From the NCBI GenBank assembly GCA_039096225.1, contig JBBPEB010000023.1, forward strand, positions 124,001-188,000: a stretch of 64,000 nt of DNA. Reading direction: 5' to 3'. The notes below the pieces were generated by a model that was not told the DNA's origin, made no database searches, and saw only the letters and a program-made list of their open reading frames with translations. The position numbers and the translations under genes were made by a program. Shown one piece after another: positions 1-22,788 of the stretch. Within the stretch, counting starts at the first letter, position 1, and every line of letters begins with the position of its first letter. The DNA is from Blastocystis sp. Blastoise (taxonomy: Eukaryota > Protista > Bigyra: Opalinata).

Positions 1-170
1 TTACCCTAGCAGAGTCTTCATAGCAAACCCTACCAAAAAGTACCCATAAAACTGGCTCTTTTAGAAAAATTGTACTCCAAGAGAGTCTTCGTGGCGAACC
101 CTGGAAAAAAGACAAGTCTAAAATGGACCACCAAGGAGGTCCATCTGGATGGACTTCCATCTGCCTATAT
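1..170. repeat. GC-richer island with two imperfect ~30-bp direct repeats (71-bp period) and overlapping inverted repeats; possibly subtelomeric or an element end
   Basis: agagtcttcatagcaaaccctaccaaaaag (11-40) resembles agagtcttcgtggcgaaccctggaaaaaag (82-111). Inverted pairs ATGGACC/GGTCCAT and GTCCATC/GATGGAC lie at ~123-155. Confidence 0.4.
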
Positions 171-974
171 CTAGCATTCATTTAGAAATAATTATATATA
201 ATATTTGAATATAATTAGGGTATATTGATACATTGGTTTCAAAAATAAAGATTTTGTGACATTGAATTATATGTTTTATAAAACAAAAATCAATGTTTTC
301 TTTTTGTTACATCAAATTGAAGTGATAGATTAATTAGTAGAACTGGTGTCTACTCTTCTGTGTATAATAGATATCATTTTCTTCAACTTTACAACGAAAG
401 AATTGGGACAAATCTAAAACCAAATACAATTATTTTGTTTAATAATCTATTCAGTATGCTATGCTATATAGAAAGTTATACTCAGAATACATGGAATACA
501 TCAATACTTGATTTTCAACGATGATTTCATCCGTTATTCTCATTTCTTCTGTTTTTATTTTTATTTCGTGAATTATCCTATTCTATAATATATAAAGTAT
601 TAAAATCAAATGTTTCAAGATTCTCAAAAATGATTCTTTTTCTTCCCTTTTTAAATGAAGAAATTTCATCCAGTTTATGGTTTTCTTATTTTTGTTTTCT
701 TCACTTTAGTTCCTTTTTTTCATTTCATCCTAACTTGAAACTATTATTTTTATGGATTTGGATCTATTTCTCTATTCAGAATTAACTTTGCTCTTTAATA
801 CAAATTGATAAATCTACGATTTCTCCAGTTTGTTCATCTGATCATCTACTTTATGAATCCATATATTAAGTCCAACTCTTATGCATACGATACATTTACT
901 GATATATATCCTGTATTTAATTTTAATATGCTAATATTCTTTTGTTAAAAAGTAGTTTTTCGATTCTCTTGTAG

Positions 975-2187
975 GAGATGATTCTTATGATAAACTTTAT
1001 TCTGGTCAATACGGATCAAATTGTGATCACAATTATTTTGCGCAACTATATCCATCTAATAGTTCTCCATTTCTAAGTCAGTCGTTGTCTACACAATATG
1101 ATTACTATAGTGGAAATTCTTTAAGCTCATTTCCTAAATCATTTAATGTATATTTTTTATACATTATTATTTCACATTTACAATTAAAAAAGATATTTAT
1201 GTTTATATATTAAATCCATATAGGAAATGACTAATTCTAATTATTTATATACAAATAATGATTCAACAAATATTATTATGTCTAAAGACCAAAGTCATGA
1301 AAAATCATTATCCAATTCAATTAGTCATTCATTCTCGGATATACCATCATTACTCTCTTCAAAATCTTTATGGAAATCAAAATATCAAGTTGTATGTATT
1401 GTTTTTTATTATTATATTTTTATTTTATTATATTATTATATGCTTATTTTATTATATTATTATATTTTTATTTTATTATATTATTATATTTTTATTTTAT
1501 TATATTATTATATTTATTATATATTATGTTTATTATTATATCAATATAAATATTATAGGATCCTTATTCTACTCGTCATTCAACACCACCCTATATAAAA
1601 CAAAAAATAACGAAACATAAATCAACAGATATAATTATGCCATTATTTAATTTTAATCAAGAGCAATCTTCCTATAATGAAGTAGATATATATATATTTA
1701 TTTTTAAATTATTATTATATCATTATATTATTATCATTAAATAATATATATATAGAATATATATTATGTGGTAGAATTTAAACATAGTTCGAATGAATAC
1801 AGAGGACCAATTAGTAATATAGATATACATATAGGTGATTATGTATATATATATGGAGATAGAGGTATTAATATAGGACATGTCATTGCTTCTAAAGAAA
1901 TGTATGATAATGACAAAAAGATTCGAGATATCATTTTGAATAAAGTTGAAAAGAATCAATATTATTTAATAGAAAAACAAAGAGAAGATGAAAAGAAAGC
2001 TTTAAAATATTGTTGTGAATTAGTAGAGAAAATGAAATTAGAAATGATTGTATTAGATGCAGAATTTCAATATGATAGAAAGAAACTAACTTTTTATTAT
2101 CAATCTACACATAGAATTGATTTTAAAAATTTAATTAGAGAATTATATTGTAAATATAATGGCAGAATTTGGATGGAAAAATGCTAA
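975..2187 (+). CDS. PSP1 C-terminal domain protein, multi-exon, 5' end not resolved
   Basis: Last exon reads YYVVEFK..IGDYVYIYGDRGINIGHV..MIVLDAEFQYDRKKLTFYYQSTHRIDFKNLIRELYCKYNGRIWM, the PSP1-C signature. Upstream GT-AG exons at ~975-1148, ~1223-1392 and ~1559-1681 are in frame. Confidence 0.8.
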
Positions 2188-2639
2188 TATTATTTATTGT
2201 ATTTATTCTATATAAAGATATATGTATATATCTATATTTATTTATATCGCTGTGTTTCAGTTTAGTGTTCAAAATGAATATTTTTTTTTTTTATTTATTT
2301 AATCTGTATCATAATTTATTATGTATATAAATGTAGAAAATCATATAAAACTATATTTTTTGTTTATATTTTAAAATATCAACAAAAATTTTTTTTATTT
2401 TTTAAATATACTAATAATTAATAGTATAATAAATAGTATTCAAACATTATATATATCTATTATAAAGATAATACCATTGAATATAAAAATGTGGAATAGA
2501 AAAACAAAATACACTAACAATTCATAATGAATCAAATAACTAAGATACAATATCATATAAACAAGAAAGTTAAAATTATATAAATGAATATAGTTTAAGT
2601 TATAACTACAATAATTACATATCAGTATAAAAACGCATA

Positions 2640-3200
2640 TATTTTTTATTTTCCAAAACAATCAGATTTTAAGAAACATTCATATATTTTTGTATCCATA
2701 ATAGGATTCTTTGTTTTTGAAATTGACTCATTCTTCATCAAATATATTGAATATATTCAAAGTATACAAAAATGAATTTTTAATTTCATTATTTTGCCTT
2801 CCAATAAACAAATTAATTCATAACAATCAATTGATTCTATATTCATATGATTTATTCAAAAATAATTTCAATATGTTATTATTTCGATACTTATATGATA
2901 TATAAATTTTCATAGATGCTGAATTAAATATTTTAGAATTGATCAAGAGAAGAAAATAAAGAATTAAAAAAATAAATCTATAAAAAGAGATAATGCATCA
3001 ATTCTAAATACATAAGAATAATATCCAACTCCATAAGCATCAATCAGCATTTGAAACATATCTTCTACTGAACAATATGAAACAATATCAACCATTGTTT
3101 ATCTTATCTATACGTAAAACCTCATTTTTATACACATGAATAATTGTATAGCAAATAAACATCGTTTATCAGTCGGATCAACTAGTTTTGATTCATTTTA
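2640..3200 (-). pseudogene. Possible decayed gene fragment
   Basis: Coding-like stretches (MVDIVSYCSVEDMFQMLIDAYGVGYYSYVFRIDALSLF) are interrupted by stops and no intact model can be built. Confidence 0.25.
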
Positions 3201-3548
3201 TTGAAAAATAACATTTTTGAATCAAAGAAAAAACAAAAAAAGTATCTGTTTTTTTTTAATTACTAGTTATTCACAAAATTACGGTATATTTCTACAATTA
3301 ATCTTGAATTAAAATCAGTGTTAATACTGTTTTCAAAAATGGAAATCTTTCTCTGTTTCTTAAACATTTTTTTAAATATTTAAAAATTGATTTATCTTTA
3401 TTCTCTCTATTCTATTTCTTCATTAAAACTAAATTCAAATATCTCTGTATTTGTATCCTTCTTTTTCATTACCAATTTAGGCAATCTAGCATTCATTCTT
3501 TGTCAATTACTATATTGAATCCTTTTATTATTCTTTAATTTCATTGAA

Positions 3549-7797
<4,249 letters not shown>

Positions 7798-8644
7798 TTA
7801 GTATTATATACATAATTAAAAGTAAAATTAAAGTTAGAATATAGTCGTATTATCGAAATAGATATACATATATATATATATTATTTTAATATATCAATTG
7901 ATTTGATACTAATTTAATATATATATCACAAGTTATAAATATTTGTGGATTGATAAACTGTAAAAGAAATATAAATTTTCTTCAAATTATTTAAAACGTT
8001 AGTATATATAATAATATATATATTTACTTTTTTTATTTATAAATAGTAAATATGTTATATATTATTAATGATATACTATTTATTTTATCTTGTTATCAAT
8101 AATATAAACTAAAAATATCCTGAATTATTTCTGGATATTATTAATAAACAAATGTTCTCATATCTATTACATATTAATATTTTATTAATATATATGTCTT
8201 TCTTATTGATTTGCAACATTTTATTTTGAAAAGTGTATTATAGATATTAGTTTTTCTAAGATCACAAAGTCATTTATAATTATTAAAAAATATTCATTTT
8301 TGTTATAAAAAATATTTGTTTCCAGTTAACAACTTAAAATACTAAAATTAAGCAACACAATAATATTTATTTTTCAATGAATTATTTTGTTAAAAATAAC
8401 TATTTTGAGTATTGTTAATACAATAAGAATTATTATTATGAATCATTTATATATTATTCGATGAATATTAAAAGAATAATGATTATGTCCATAATATTTT
8501 GAATAGTTAAATAAACAAAAAACAATATATATTATAATATTATTACTATAGTACATTATAAAAACTATAAATATAATATATTGAAATGAAATAGATTTAT
8601 ATAATAATGAATAATGAAAATATATATATATATATATAATTCTA

Positions 8645-10462
<1,818 letters not shown>

Positions 10463-10833
10463 TAATATATTTATTAAGATTTTTAAAAAGAAAAAAAAAG
10501 AATTAATAGATAGTTATTGAAAAAAGAAAAAAGAATTTATTTTCATTATATTTATTTATTTTTATTCTCATTTTTTATTATTTTTTTAATATTATTTTTA
10601 TTATTATTTTATTTCAATTATTTTCTACTTTATTATCTATCTATAACATATTCTATACTTTTTTATATCAAAAAAATAAAATAAAATTAAAAGCAAAACG
10701 ATAATTTTCTTTTCTATTTCTAATTCCATAATAATAACAGGATAAAAAATATTTTTTTAAAACAAGAAATCTTTTATAAAAAATATTTATGATATTAAAA
10801 ACAATAATTAATTTATTGTAACTCAATTGAAAC

Positions 10834-13800
10834 TCAATTGGAGTCTTCTTTTAGTATTTCAACAGTTCCTTTACCTCCATCTATTCTTATTCTCATCCCA
10901 TTCTTCACTTTCTCCATTAAATTATTTACATTAACAACACAAGGAATACCCATTTCTCTAGCTACAATAGATCCATGAGTAAGAGGACCACCTATAGCAA
11001 TCACAACACCTGAAGCAGGTACAAATAAAGGTGTCCAAGCAGGATCAGTAGCAGGAGCAACTAATATATCACCTTTCTTTAAATGTCCTTCTCGAGGATC
11101 TAAAACAACTACTGCTTTTCCTTCAACTATACCTGCAGAAGTAGGCATTCCTTTTAAGATATTTTCAGGTAGATTTAATAATTCTTGTTTTGTTTGTTCA
11201 GATATATTGACAATAGATGCATAAGGAGATACAATTATACGAGGAGGTGAAATAGATTTAGCACGTATATAAATAGATTTACGTTGTTGAAGAAGAGAAG
11301 TCATTTTAGTAATATCTAGTTTATTTTGTTCATAATCACATAATTCATCAATAGAGAAATGGAAAACGTCTTGAAGATCATGAATTATTCCTTCTTTCAT
11401 CATCTTATGACCTAATTTTATAATTAACTTACGTTGACAATATAATAAAGAAATAATAATATATTTAGGATGTTCTCGATAAGTAAAGAATAATCGTGCA
11501 ACAGGTAAATAATAACGAATTGTTTCAGCATCTTTCTTTGATACTTTTGAACATATTTCATCAACAGCTTCATCTGCTTTCTTTTCTAAATAATCAGGTG
11601 ATTTCTCTTCTACATTCTCATAAGAAGTATTTAATATTGTTAATAATAAAATAGAAGGTTTATCTTCATATCTTGGAGAACTAATCATAATTTCACCAGG
11701 ACCTCGTCTTCCAAATATATTCATAAATTCATTCCATTGTATATATAATTGTTGATGAGAAGTAAGAGGAGATTCAGATAAAGAAATCATGTATTGTTTT
11801 ATTCTTTCTTCTTCTTCATTCTTTGATAAAGTCTATAAAGATATTTTTTATTATTATAAAAGTATATTAATTATAATAATATAAAAATAATAAATAATAA
11901 AAAAATAATATAATATAATAATATATAATAAATAATATATAATAAAAATAATATGATATAAAAAAAAAATAAAACATACTAATAACTTTTCAATAAATCC
12001 AGTTTCTTCTTCTTCACATTTTATAAATAATAAATGTAATTGAGTAATTGCATAATCCATTCGACTTGCTATATTCTCTCTTCTTCCTCCTACCATTCGT
12101 TCTACTTCACTCTCCTCTATTCCATATTTTAATACAATCTTATTAATCTTATGACGAGATATTATAGAAACAATTATAAGAGGAAGAAGATTCTTTACTA
12201 CATATATTAATGTATAAGGTGTATCACGAAGAGAAGTTAATGTAATAGTATTCTTATCTTTCTTTAATTCATCTATTAAGTTATTATGATAATTCATTAA
12301 CATTTCAATCTTCATTTTTAATTCTATACATAGACGAGAAGGATTAAAAGTAAATATCCAATTCCATAGAAGAGATCGAACAGTAGGTAAAATAATAGTC
12401 CATAATGTCTTTAATAATGGTTTCATTACTATACTAGAAGAATAATAAGGAAGCTCACTCTTATTATATTCATCAGATATATAAGCTATTTCTTTATCAA
12501 CATTACCTCCAAAAAAACTTAAAAAGAATTTTCTATATATAGATATCTTCATTAAAGGTGCTAAATCTAAAAAGAAGAACCCACCTATCCAACGAACATA
12601 CGTAGGACTTCTTAACATTATATTATTAATACAGCTATAACTACAATAAGTCCAAGGAACTGTTAACATTTGTATATAATTAAAATCAATAAAATGATGA
12701 TATATCTTCTTATATTCATCTGATAATGGATTTAAATCATTAGGTAAATCTAATAAAGTTGTAATAGGTCTTGCTTGAACTATATAGAAATGATCTTTAT
12801 ATACACAAAATTCTATATCCATTGGTTTCTTATAATAGTTCTCGATATCTACAGCATATTGACTTATTATATAAATCTATTTAAAGATAATTTTATTATT
12901 ATAAAATAATAAAAAAATAATAAATAAATAAAATAATAATAAATTAATTACATTATTAAAAAATAATAAATAAAAAACATAATAAATAAAATAAATTCAA
13001 CCTACTTCATTATCATTAAAACAAGCTTTCTTTCCTTCTTCTTCTTTTAATTCTTTCTTTTCAGTACCTCCTTCTTTCTTTGTATATAAAGCAAATAATT
13101 GATGATTAATAGTTCGTTCAACTATTCTTAATTCTGTCTTCTTCTTCGATATAGGATAATGTTTACGAATAGACCAATGATCTGTACTTACCATTCCACT
13201 TACTAACGCTTCTCCTAATCCTATTACTCCATCTAAAGAAATATGTTCTCGAGAACTCGTTTGAGGATCACTTGAAAAGATAACTCCGGATTTCTCAGAA
13301 GGAACCATTCTCTGAACTACTACTGCTATTGAAGTATCTATTATAGGAAATTTCTTTTCATATCGATATAAAATAGCTCGAGGAGTATATAAAGAAGACC
13401 AACATTGTATAACAGCTTTCTCAATATCTTCTTTATTTATTGGCACATTCAATAGTGTATCATGCATACCAGCAAAAGAAGCATCACCTAAATCTTCTGT
13501 TGTCGCAGAAGAACGAACAGCTAATAAATTAATATCAAATAAACAATTATTCTTCATTTTCTCTATATAAAATAACAAGTCTTCTTTATATTCTTCAGGA
13601 AAAACACTTTTAGAAAATATTTTATAGATCTCATCACTTATCATCTCAGCATCTTCTAAAGTAAATGTTTTTCGCTTCGAAATATCAGAATATTTCTTAA
13701 TTAATTCTAGTTTATTTGCAAATACACGATAACCATCTGTTGTTATTATAAATCCTTCTGGCACAGGAAATCCTCCTTCTCTCAATTTCACTAATGAACA

Positions 13801-13910
13801 TCCTTTACCACCTAAAGCTTCTACTGAAGTAATTCCTTTTGGATTATTTATCTATTTTTTTATTTATTTTTATTATTTTTTATAGAATATACATCAATTA
13901 TATAATTCAT
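10834..13910 (-). CDS. Rifamycin phosphotransferase (RPH)-like PEP-utilising enzyme, ~919 aa, 4 exons
   Basis: N-terminal ATP-grasp (GGKGCSL, FPVPEGF, AVRSSATTEDLGDASFAG, DIEF..YIVQARPITT), central domain with GRRGPGEI and YREHPKY, C-terminal His-swivel (TDPAWTPLF..GGPLTHGSIVAREMGIP). Phase-0 GT-AG introns at 13852-13892, 12877-13005 and 11833-11979. Confidence 0.85.
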
Positions 13911-14524
13911 CAAATGTGGTATATGTATTTATAGATTTTTTAATTCATTTTAAATTTTCATTTGAATTCTGTTTCTCTTTCTCTTTCTCTCTCTTTTTTG
14001 AAATGAAAATGAATTCAGTTTATTTTTTTCTTTTCTTTCTTTTTTATGCTTAAATTTATGATTTATTGCGTTAATAGATACTCATTAGATATACAGAATG
14101 ACCATCATTCAATTCATACTCAATATCAACATTTTTATGAAGAATTATTTTTTTGTATGGATGATCATCAGGTATTTTGATATCATATATTCATTAAATA
14201 TAGATTATTTAAGATATTTAGGGGAACTCTTATTCTTTTTCTTTAATCTTATTCTTGCTTTTTTAATATATAGTCTCAAAGGATATTGAATTACGTTTTT
14301 AATTATAGTCATTATGTAATATAAAATTATCTTTTTATTTTCATCAACAAAATATTTATATGAATTCTTTTTTTAAAGAATTAAAATATTTTTTTTTAAA
14401 ACTAAACTAATTTTATTATATTTATTATTATTATATTTTAATATATTATATATAGATAGAATAGAAAATGAATTAGTATATATTTATTATATCTATTCAT
14501 TATATATAAGTAATCATAAAATTA

Positions 14525-16868
<2,344 letters not shown>

Positions 16869-17661
16869 TTCTTAAATGATCATATATAACTAAAAATAAA
16901 GAATTATAAAAAGAAATACTTTGTTATTGAAATGAAATAACAAAAATAATTATTTATGTTCAAAGAACATGTTTAGAATTCCACAATTAGATGAACATTT
17001 TTCTTTTTTTTGGAACCACGGTTATTGAGAGGGTTTTCAGTATTTTTTCAGTTTATCTCACGGTTTTTATTCGATTAAGAAATAAATCAAACACATGAAT
17101 TTTAATTTTTTGTTTCAAATAATGTACTCTAAATTTGTTTGTATTTTCCATGAAGATATTGAATATGAGTTGCCAAAGGTATGTTGTAATGAATGCCTAT
17201 AATTTCAAGCAAATAAGTGACAACATATTTATTCATCAGTTATTCTCAGAAGTGTAATAACATAGAAATTTGCTCTTTGAAGTTCCAAAGTCAAGCAATT
17301 ATATCAAATTAAAAAAAGTATTTAAATTTTATGAAGATTACTATTATGAAAATAAGAATTATTTTTAATCTTTAAATAATGAATGAAAACATATTTTAAT
17401 TTAAACTGGTATGACAGCAAAGAGTTAAACATTTTGAAAGTCGTTGAATGAATAATTTAAACAAAACATAAATTATTTATATATATATCATTAATAAACA
17501 TCAATCAGAAAACAGACAAAAATGAAAAAAAATTATAAATAGATATATAAAGAAAAAGAATAAAAATAAATGTATAAATAAAAGATATTCTTGATATTAA
17601 TATTATAGAAAAAGGAAATTATATTATAGATAAAAAAAGAATATATATATTTATATAATGA

Positions 17662-19261
17662 TTACATTTCAACATCCATCTCTTCTTCTTCTTCTTCTTC
17701 TTCTTCTTCCATATCATCTCCTTGAGGTGTATTGATATCTTCTTCATCTTCACTATCTTGTTTACCATTATTCAGATCGGTCTGAATATCGCTTAATAAC
17801 TGATTAATTGCATCAACTTGAGCTTGAATTTCAGGAATTTGAAGTTGTTTATATTTCTTTTCTACTCTCTATATAAATACATAAAAAATATATATTTATG
17901 ATATTATTAACAACTAAAATATATATAATTATATATATATATATATACAGTTTTGCATCCGTTACCAAATTCAAGAGCGGAAGTATATTTATGTATATTA
18001 TAATAACAATTAGTTATATACCACCACACTTCTTCATTCTCATCATTCTCTAATAATAAAGTATCAAATATATCAATACAAGCATTATTACGTTGTTTCT
18101 ATATGATATTATAGAGTTTATAATAATAATAATAAATATAATAATAATAATAATATATATATATTATACAATAGTATTATCATCAGGTATTTCAAGTAAC
18201 ATTTTCGCAAGGAAGAATCGACTATCGTAAGCAGGTAATAATTCAGGAGTATCTTCTATATATAATCATGGGAATATGTCAATATAAAATTATTTAAAAT
18301 TTTAAATAAAAATAATATATATATAATATATTTTTATTAAAAATAACAAATAAATAGCAATAATAAATAATCACAATAATAATAATAATAATAATATTTA
18401 TATACCTTTACATTTGTTAATAGCTTCAGTAGCCCTCATACATGCTTCTTCTGCTTCTTCTTCACGACATTGAGACATACGACAACTACCTATATATATA
18501 TATATATATATATATAGAATTCTATTTATAAATTAAAACAAATAAAATATATATCTAAAATGATAAAATAATAATAAATAAAAAAATTAATAAATATTTA
18601 AAAAGATAAAAAAAAAACAATTAAATTTAATATATATCTAAAAAGAAAATAAATAATAATAAATAAATAAAATTAAATATCTAAAATGATAATAAAAATA
18701 ACATATATATATATATATACCAAGTAAAATAAGGGTTTCAATATGATTTGGATTTACAGTTAATGATTTTGATAAATAATTATAACATTCACTTTCAGCT
18801 TCAGGTAATTCACATAAATCTGTAGTATACATTTCAGCAATAGAACAATAAGCTTGACATAATTGATTCATTAAATCTTGTTTATTTTCTTTATTTTCAG
18901 GTTTATTGATTTCTAAAGATAATAATTCTGATCCTTTCTTTAAACAATTTAAAGAATCTGTTCCTTCGGATAGTTGAGCTAAATACATCCATTTCGTGAA
19001 ATTACTGTTAGGAGCAACTGTTGTACTCTTTACAAGTAAAGGAAATGCTAATTCAGGTTTTTCACATTCTAAATAAAGTTCTGCTGTCATATCCATGATA
19101 TCTGCGTCATTTGGAGACAAATCAAGAGCACGTTTGCAAAAAAGTAAAGCAGCTTCAGGATTTAATTTATTTATATTTTCAGCTGCCTTCTCTAAAAGTT
19201 TTTCAACATTCTTTTCAGGAGGAACAGTCTTCTTATGCTTTTTATCCTTTGAAATACCCAT
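17662..19261 (-). CDS. ACL4: TPR protein, Acl4-like (assembly chaperone of RpL4)
   Basis: TPR helices, KWMYLAQL, AYCSIAEMYTTDLCELPEAESEC, LPAYDSRFFLAK and an acidic tail. Five GT-AG exons. Confidence 0.75.
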
Positions 19262-19846
19262 TATTTAAATAGAAATAATAAATTATAAATAAATTAATAA
19301 AATCATGAAAAAGAATCGTTTTTAACTACAAGAAAAATTTGTTTGTTTTCGTTTCACCAATAAATTATTTTATGAATAAATTGATTTCTTCAGGGAATTT
19401 TGTGTATGTTTTATGAATAATAAAAAATGTATATAAAGGTAAGGTATTCATTCAATAGTGCATTCTATCTTCATCTGGTCGTTTGTACATGAAGTAGAGT
19501 GTGTTTTGGAAAACTGTAGAAGATTTAAAAAGATAAAGAGTTAAAAATAAATGTGAATTGTTGTTGCTAATTAATAATTCTTGTACAAGGTGCTCATAGA
19601 TCATTTTATTATCATTTATCTGACAATATAAAAACAGAAATAGTTTAAATAGGAAATATTTTTAAATGTGGAAGACAATTCACGGAAAAAGGATATTTTC
19701 AACATAAACAACAGCAAAATGTTGTGAAGAATATCAAAAAATAAAAATAAAATACAGGGGATATGAGGAAATTAAAATATATATGTTTAAAAAATGAAAA
19801 ATTGAAAAAGGAATACGAATTAAGAATACAAATATTATAAATGATA

Positions 19847-20425
19847 TTATTGAGTTGACTTCTGAGAGGGATAACGACCATAATTTACAGGAATTGAATT
19901 TGTAGTCTTTCGTCGCTTTTTATTTGAATTAGAGGGATCTGAGGGTGCGGGAATATATTGGCGGGCAAATGTAGCGACAGAAGGGGTTGGATCTTCTTCT
20001 TGACTGATATATTTCTATAAATAATATATTTCAAATAAATGAGATATTGAGTAAAATATATATAAAAGATAATTATATAGAACAACATACTCGAATCATA
20101 AGTATTTTTAATATGTCCTGTTTTAATTTATTAATAGAATTCGTAATAGTTTCTGTAGCCATTTGGGGAAAGGATGATAAATTCATTTCTAATAATATCT
20201 ATATAATCACGGGAATAATAATAATATAAATAATATACATGTATATATACTTGTTCAATTTTCTTATTAATACCTTCAGGAATAACACTGGGTGATGGCT
20301 ATATATATATATATAATAGTTATTCTTATTATTAATAAAAGATTTATATATATATATACTTGTAATGAGCATTGTTGAGACCTTAAAGAAACGCCTTTGG
20401 GATAGGGAAATGTCATTGGAGGTAG

Positions 20426-20497
<72 letters not shown>

Positions 20498-20556
20498 TTT
20501 TAAGAATAGAGGGTATATCTTCAAATTCAGAAAAATCTTTTTCTTTCATAGGATCC

Positions 20557-20640
<84 letters not shown>

Positions 20641-20851
20641 AAATAGAAAGTTTTATTTATTGAATAATATAGTATTATATATATATATATATATATATAT
20701 ACAGTGCCAAGTTTTTGAAGTTGTTGATCGATTAATTTGATTTGTTCTCGAATTTTCGTTTCTTCTTTTTCTTCTGAAATAGATATATGAAATAGACGAT
20801 CTAGTTGAGAATGACGTTTTTGAATATAACTAACATTATATCTATATATTA

Positions 20852-20891
<40 letters not shown>

Positions 20892-21790
20892 TGAATAATA
20901 AACATATAAGCACAATTATATATCTATATATACGTATAATTACATAATTCTTCTTCTTCTTCAGTTAATAATTGTCCCTTTTCTTTTCTATATGTATATA
21001 TATATTTACAAACCCTATAAAATCTATATTCTAAAGAATCTGTATTTCGACCATAAATAGAAGTCCAACGATCGTATATTACTGGCCAACGTAATGCATA
21101 TCTATATATATATATATATATAATTATATTGAATATACTAAAAATAACAAAAAAAATAAAATAAAATAAAGCCACAATAAATATAAAAATAAATAAATCT
21201 ATATATATATATACAATTTACATAATTGAAATAATTGATCTGTTTCTGCTTTTGTCCATCCGTCGGGATGAACAGCCAAAGAATATTCCTCATCTATTTA
21301 TATATATAAATAAATATAAATATTTCAATATAACTATACTATAAGAATTTCTAGTATCAATAATAATATAAAAAATAATTAAATAAATATCACATATAGA
21401 AAAATCTATTAAAAAATAATACTCTAATATTTTATATTAATAAAACAAATAAATACCTGTATATTGAAGAATCGAAACAGGTATATTAAAACGAGCAAAA
21501 GGATAATCGGGATATTCGATGTTTTGTCTTACCCAATGATATAGAGATATCATATCACTACGCGCAGAACTAATGATTGGAGCATAAATCCATTTCTTAG
21601 CTGGTAATCTAGTTTCTTTAACTCCATTCTCACTGTAACTTGGTACTGCAGAAGGAGGGAGAGTATCATCAGTAATGTTCTTCAAAAAGCCAGGAAGCTT
21701 ATCTGTTTTTCGTCCATTTTGAGTTTCTAACACACGCTTCGTAGACTTGGCTTTTGACGAAACACCCAATATATCAGCTAAGTCAGACAT
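19847..21790 (-). CDS. DMAP1: DMAP1/SWC4/EAF2 (SANT domain; NuA4/SWR1 subunit)
   Basis: MSDLADILG start, [41 protein letters not shown] and GVSLRSQ. About 9 exons. Confidence 0.85.
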
Positions 21791-22788
21791 AACGAAAAGA
21801 TACTTATTTTTAAAATGTATTGAAATTGTCTGATTTTTTCTTATATTTTGAATTTGATCAGAATTATTAGTTTCTTGATTATTCAATAATTTTAAGTGAT
21901 TCTCTTGGAATAATTGTGGTTATTTTGATTTTAAATTTTCTCAGAAATTTCATTTGAAAATTTGCTAGAAAATATTTGTTAATTATAATAAGTTATAGTA
22001 TTATGTATAATCTAAGAAATATGCATTGATTTGTGTTGCAAGTGTTTCCTATAGATTGGAATAAACTGAAGTTTGTTATTCAAAATGAATATTTATTGTT
22101 GTCTTCGGTAATTATACATCTTTTTGTTGATTTATTTGATTATTTATTGATATCATTATGAGATAGTTATAATGAAATGAAAATAAAAAGTAGAACTGGT
22201 TAGAATTAATGATTATTTAGAAATGAAACTTATTCTCCTTCTTCTTAGTGTAATATAACAAAAGAAAATACTTCTAATGAGTAGTTAGGACTAAATAAAA
22301 TTTCAAATAAATATGTAAATCGTTAAAAATATGAAAGAAATGATAGTGTTACCTTGAAACTATTTCTTTATTAGTAAACTAAGATATAAAAAGATTTATT
22401 TTTCAAAAAAAGTAATAATGAACAATAAAAACATTATTTGAATGATAAATACTTTGAAAATAATATGAATATTAAACAATAGATATTCGTTGTATATTCT
22501 TAAACAGTAATTATCTATTTTGTGTCAGTTTACAGTATAGTATATATCTTGATAACTTTCAAAGATATTCATAATTCTCAATAATAATATATATAAAAAT
22601 TTTAAGATATATAAAGCAAAAACTTCTATATGTATACATTCTTTTCTACATGATAATATTATGCATTATTATATCAAATCTATAACCAAACAAAATAGAT
22701 TAAATAATAATTAAAAAACATCAAAGTAACAATATATATATAACATAAATAACAATAAAATAATACTTAATATATATATTGATATTCT

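Noticed and set aside
10834-13910. Annotation as PPDK or PEP synthase, or as bacterial contamination
   Set aside because: The His domain is C-terminal with no pyruvate-binding barrel. The gene has spliceosomal introns and host-like composition.
14098-14289. Short ORF or coding-like fragment (similar at 51427-51687)
   Set aside because: No coherent spliced model or recognisable motif; at most decayed remnants.
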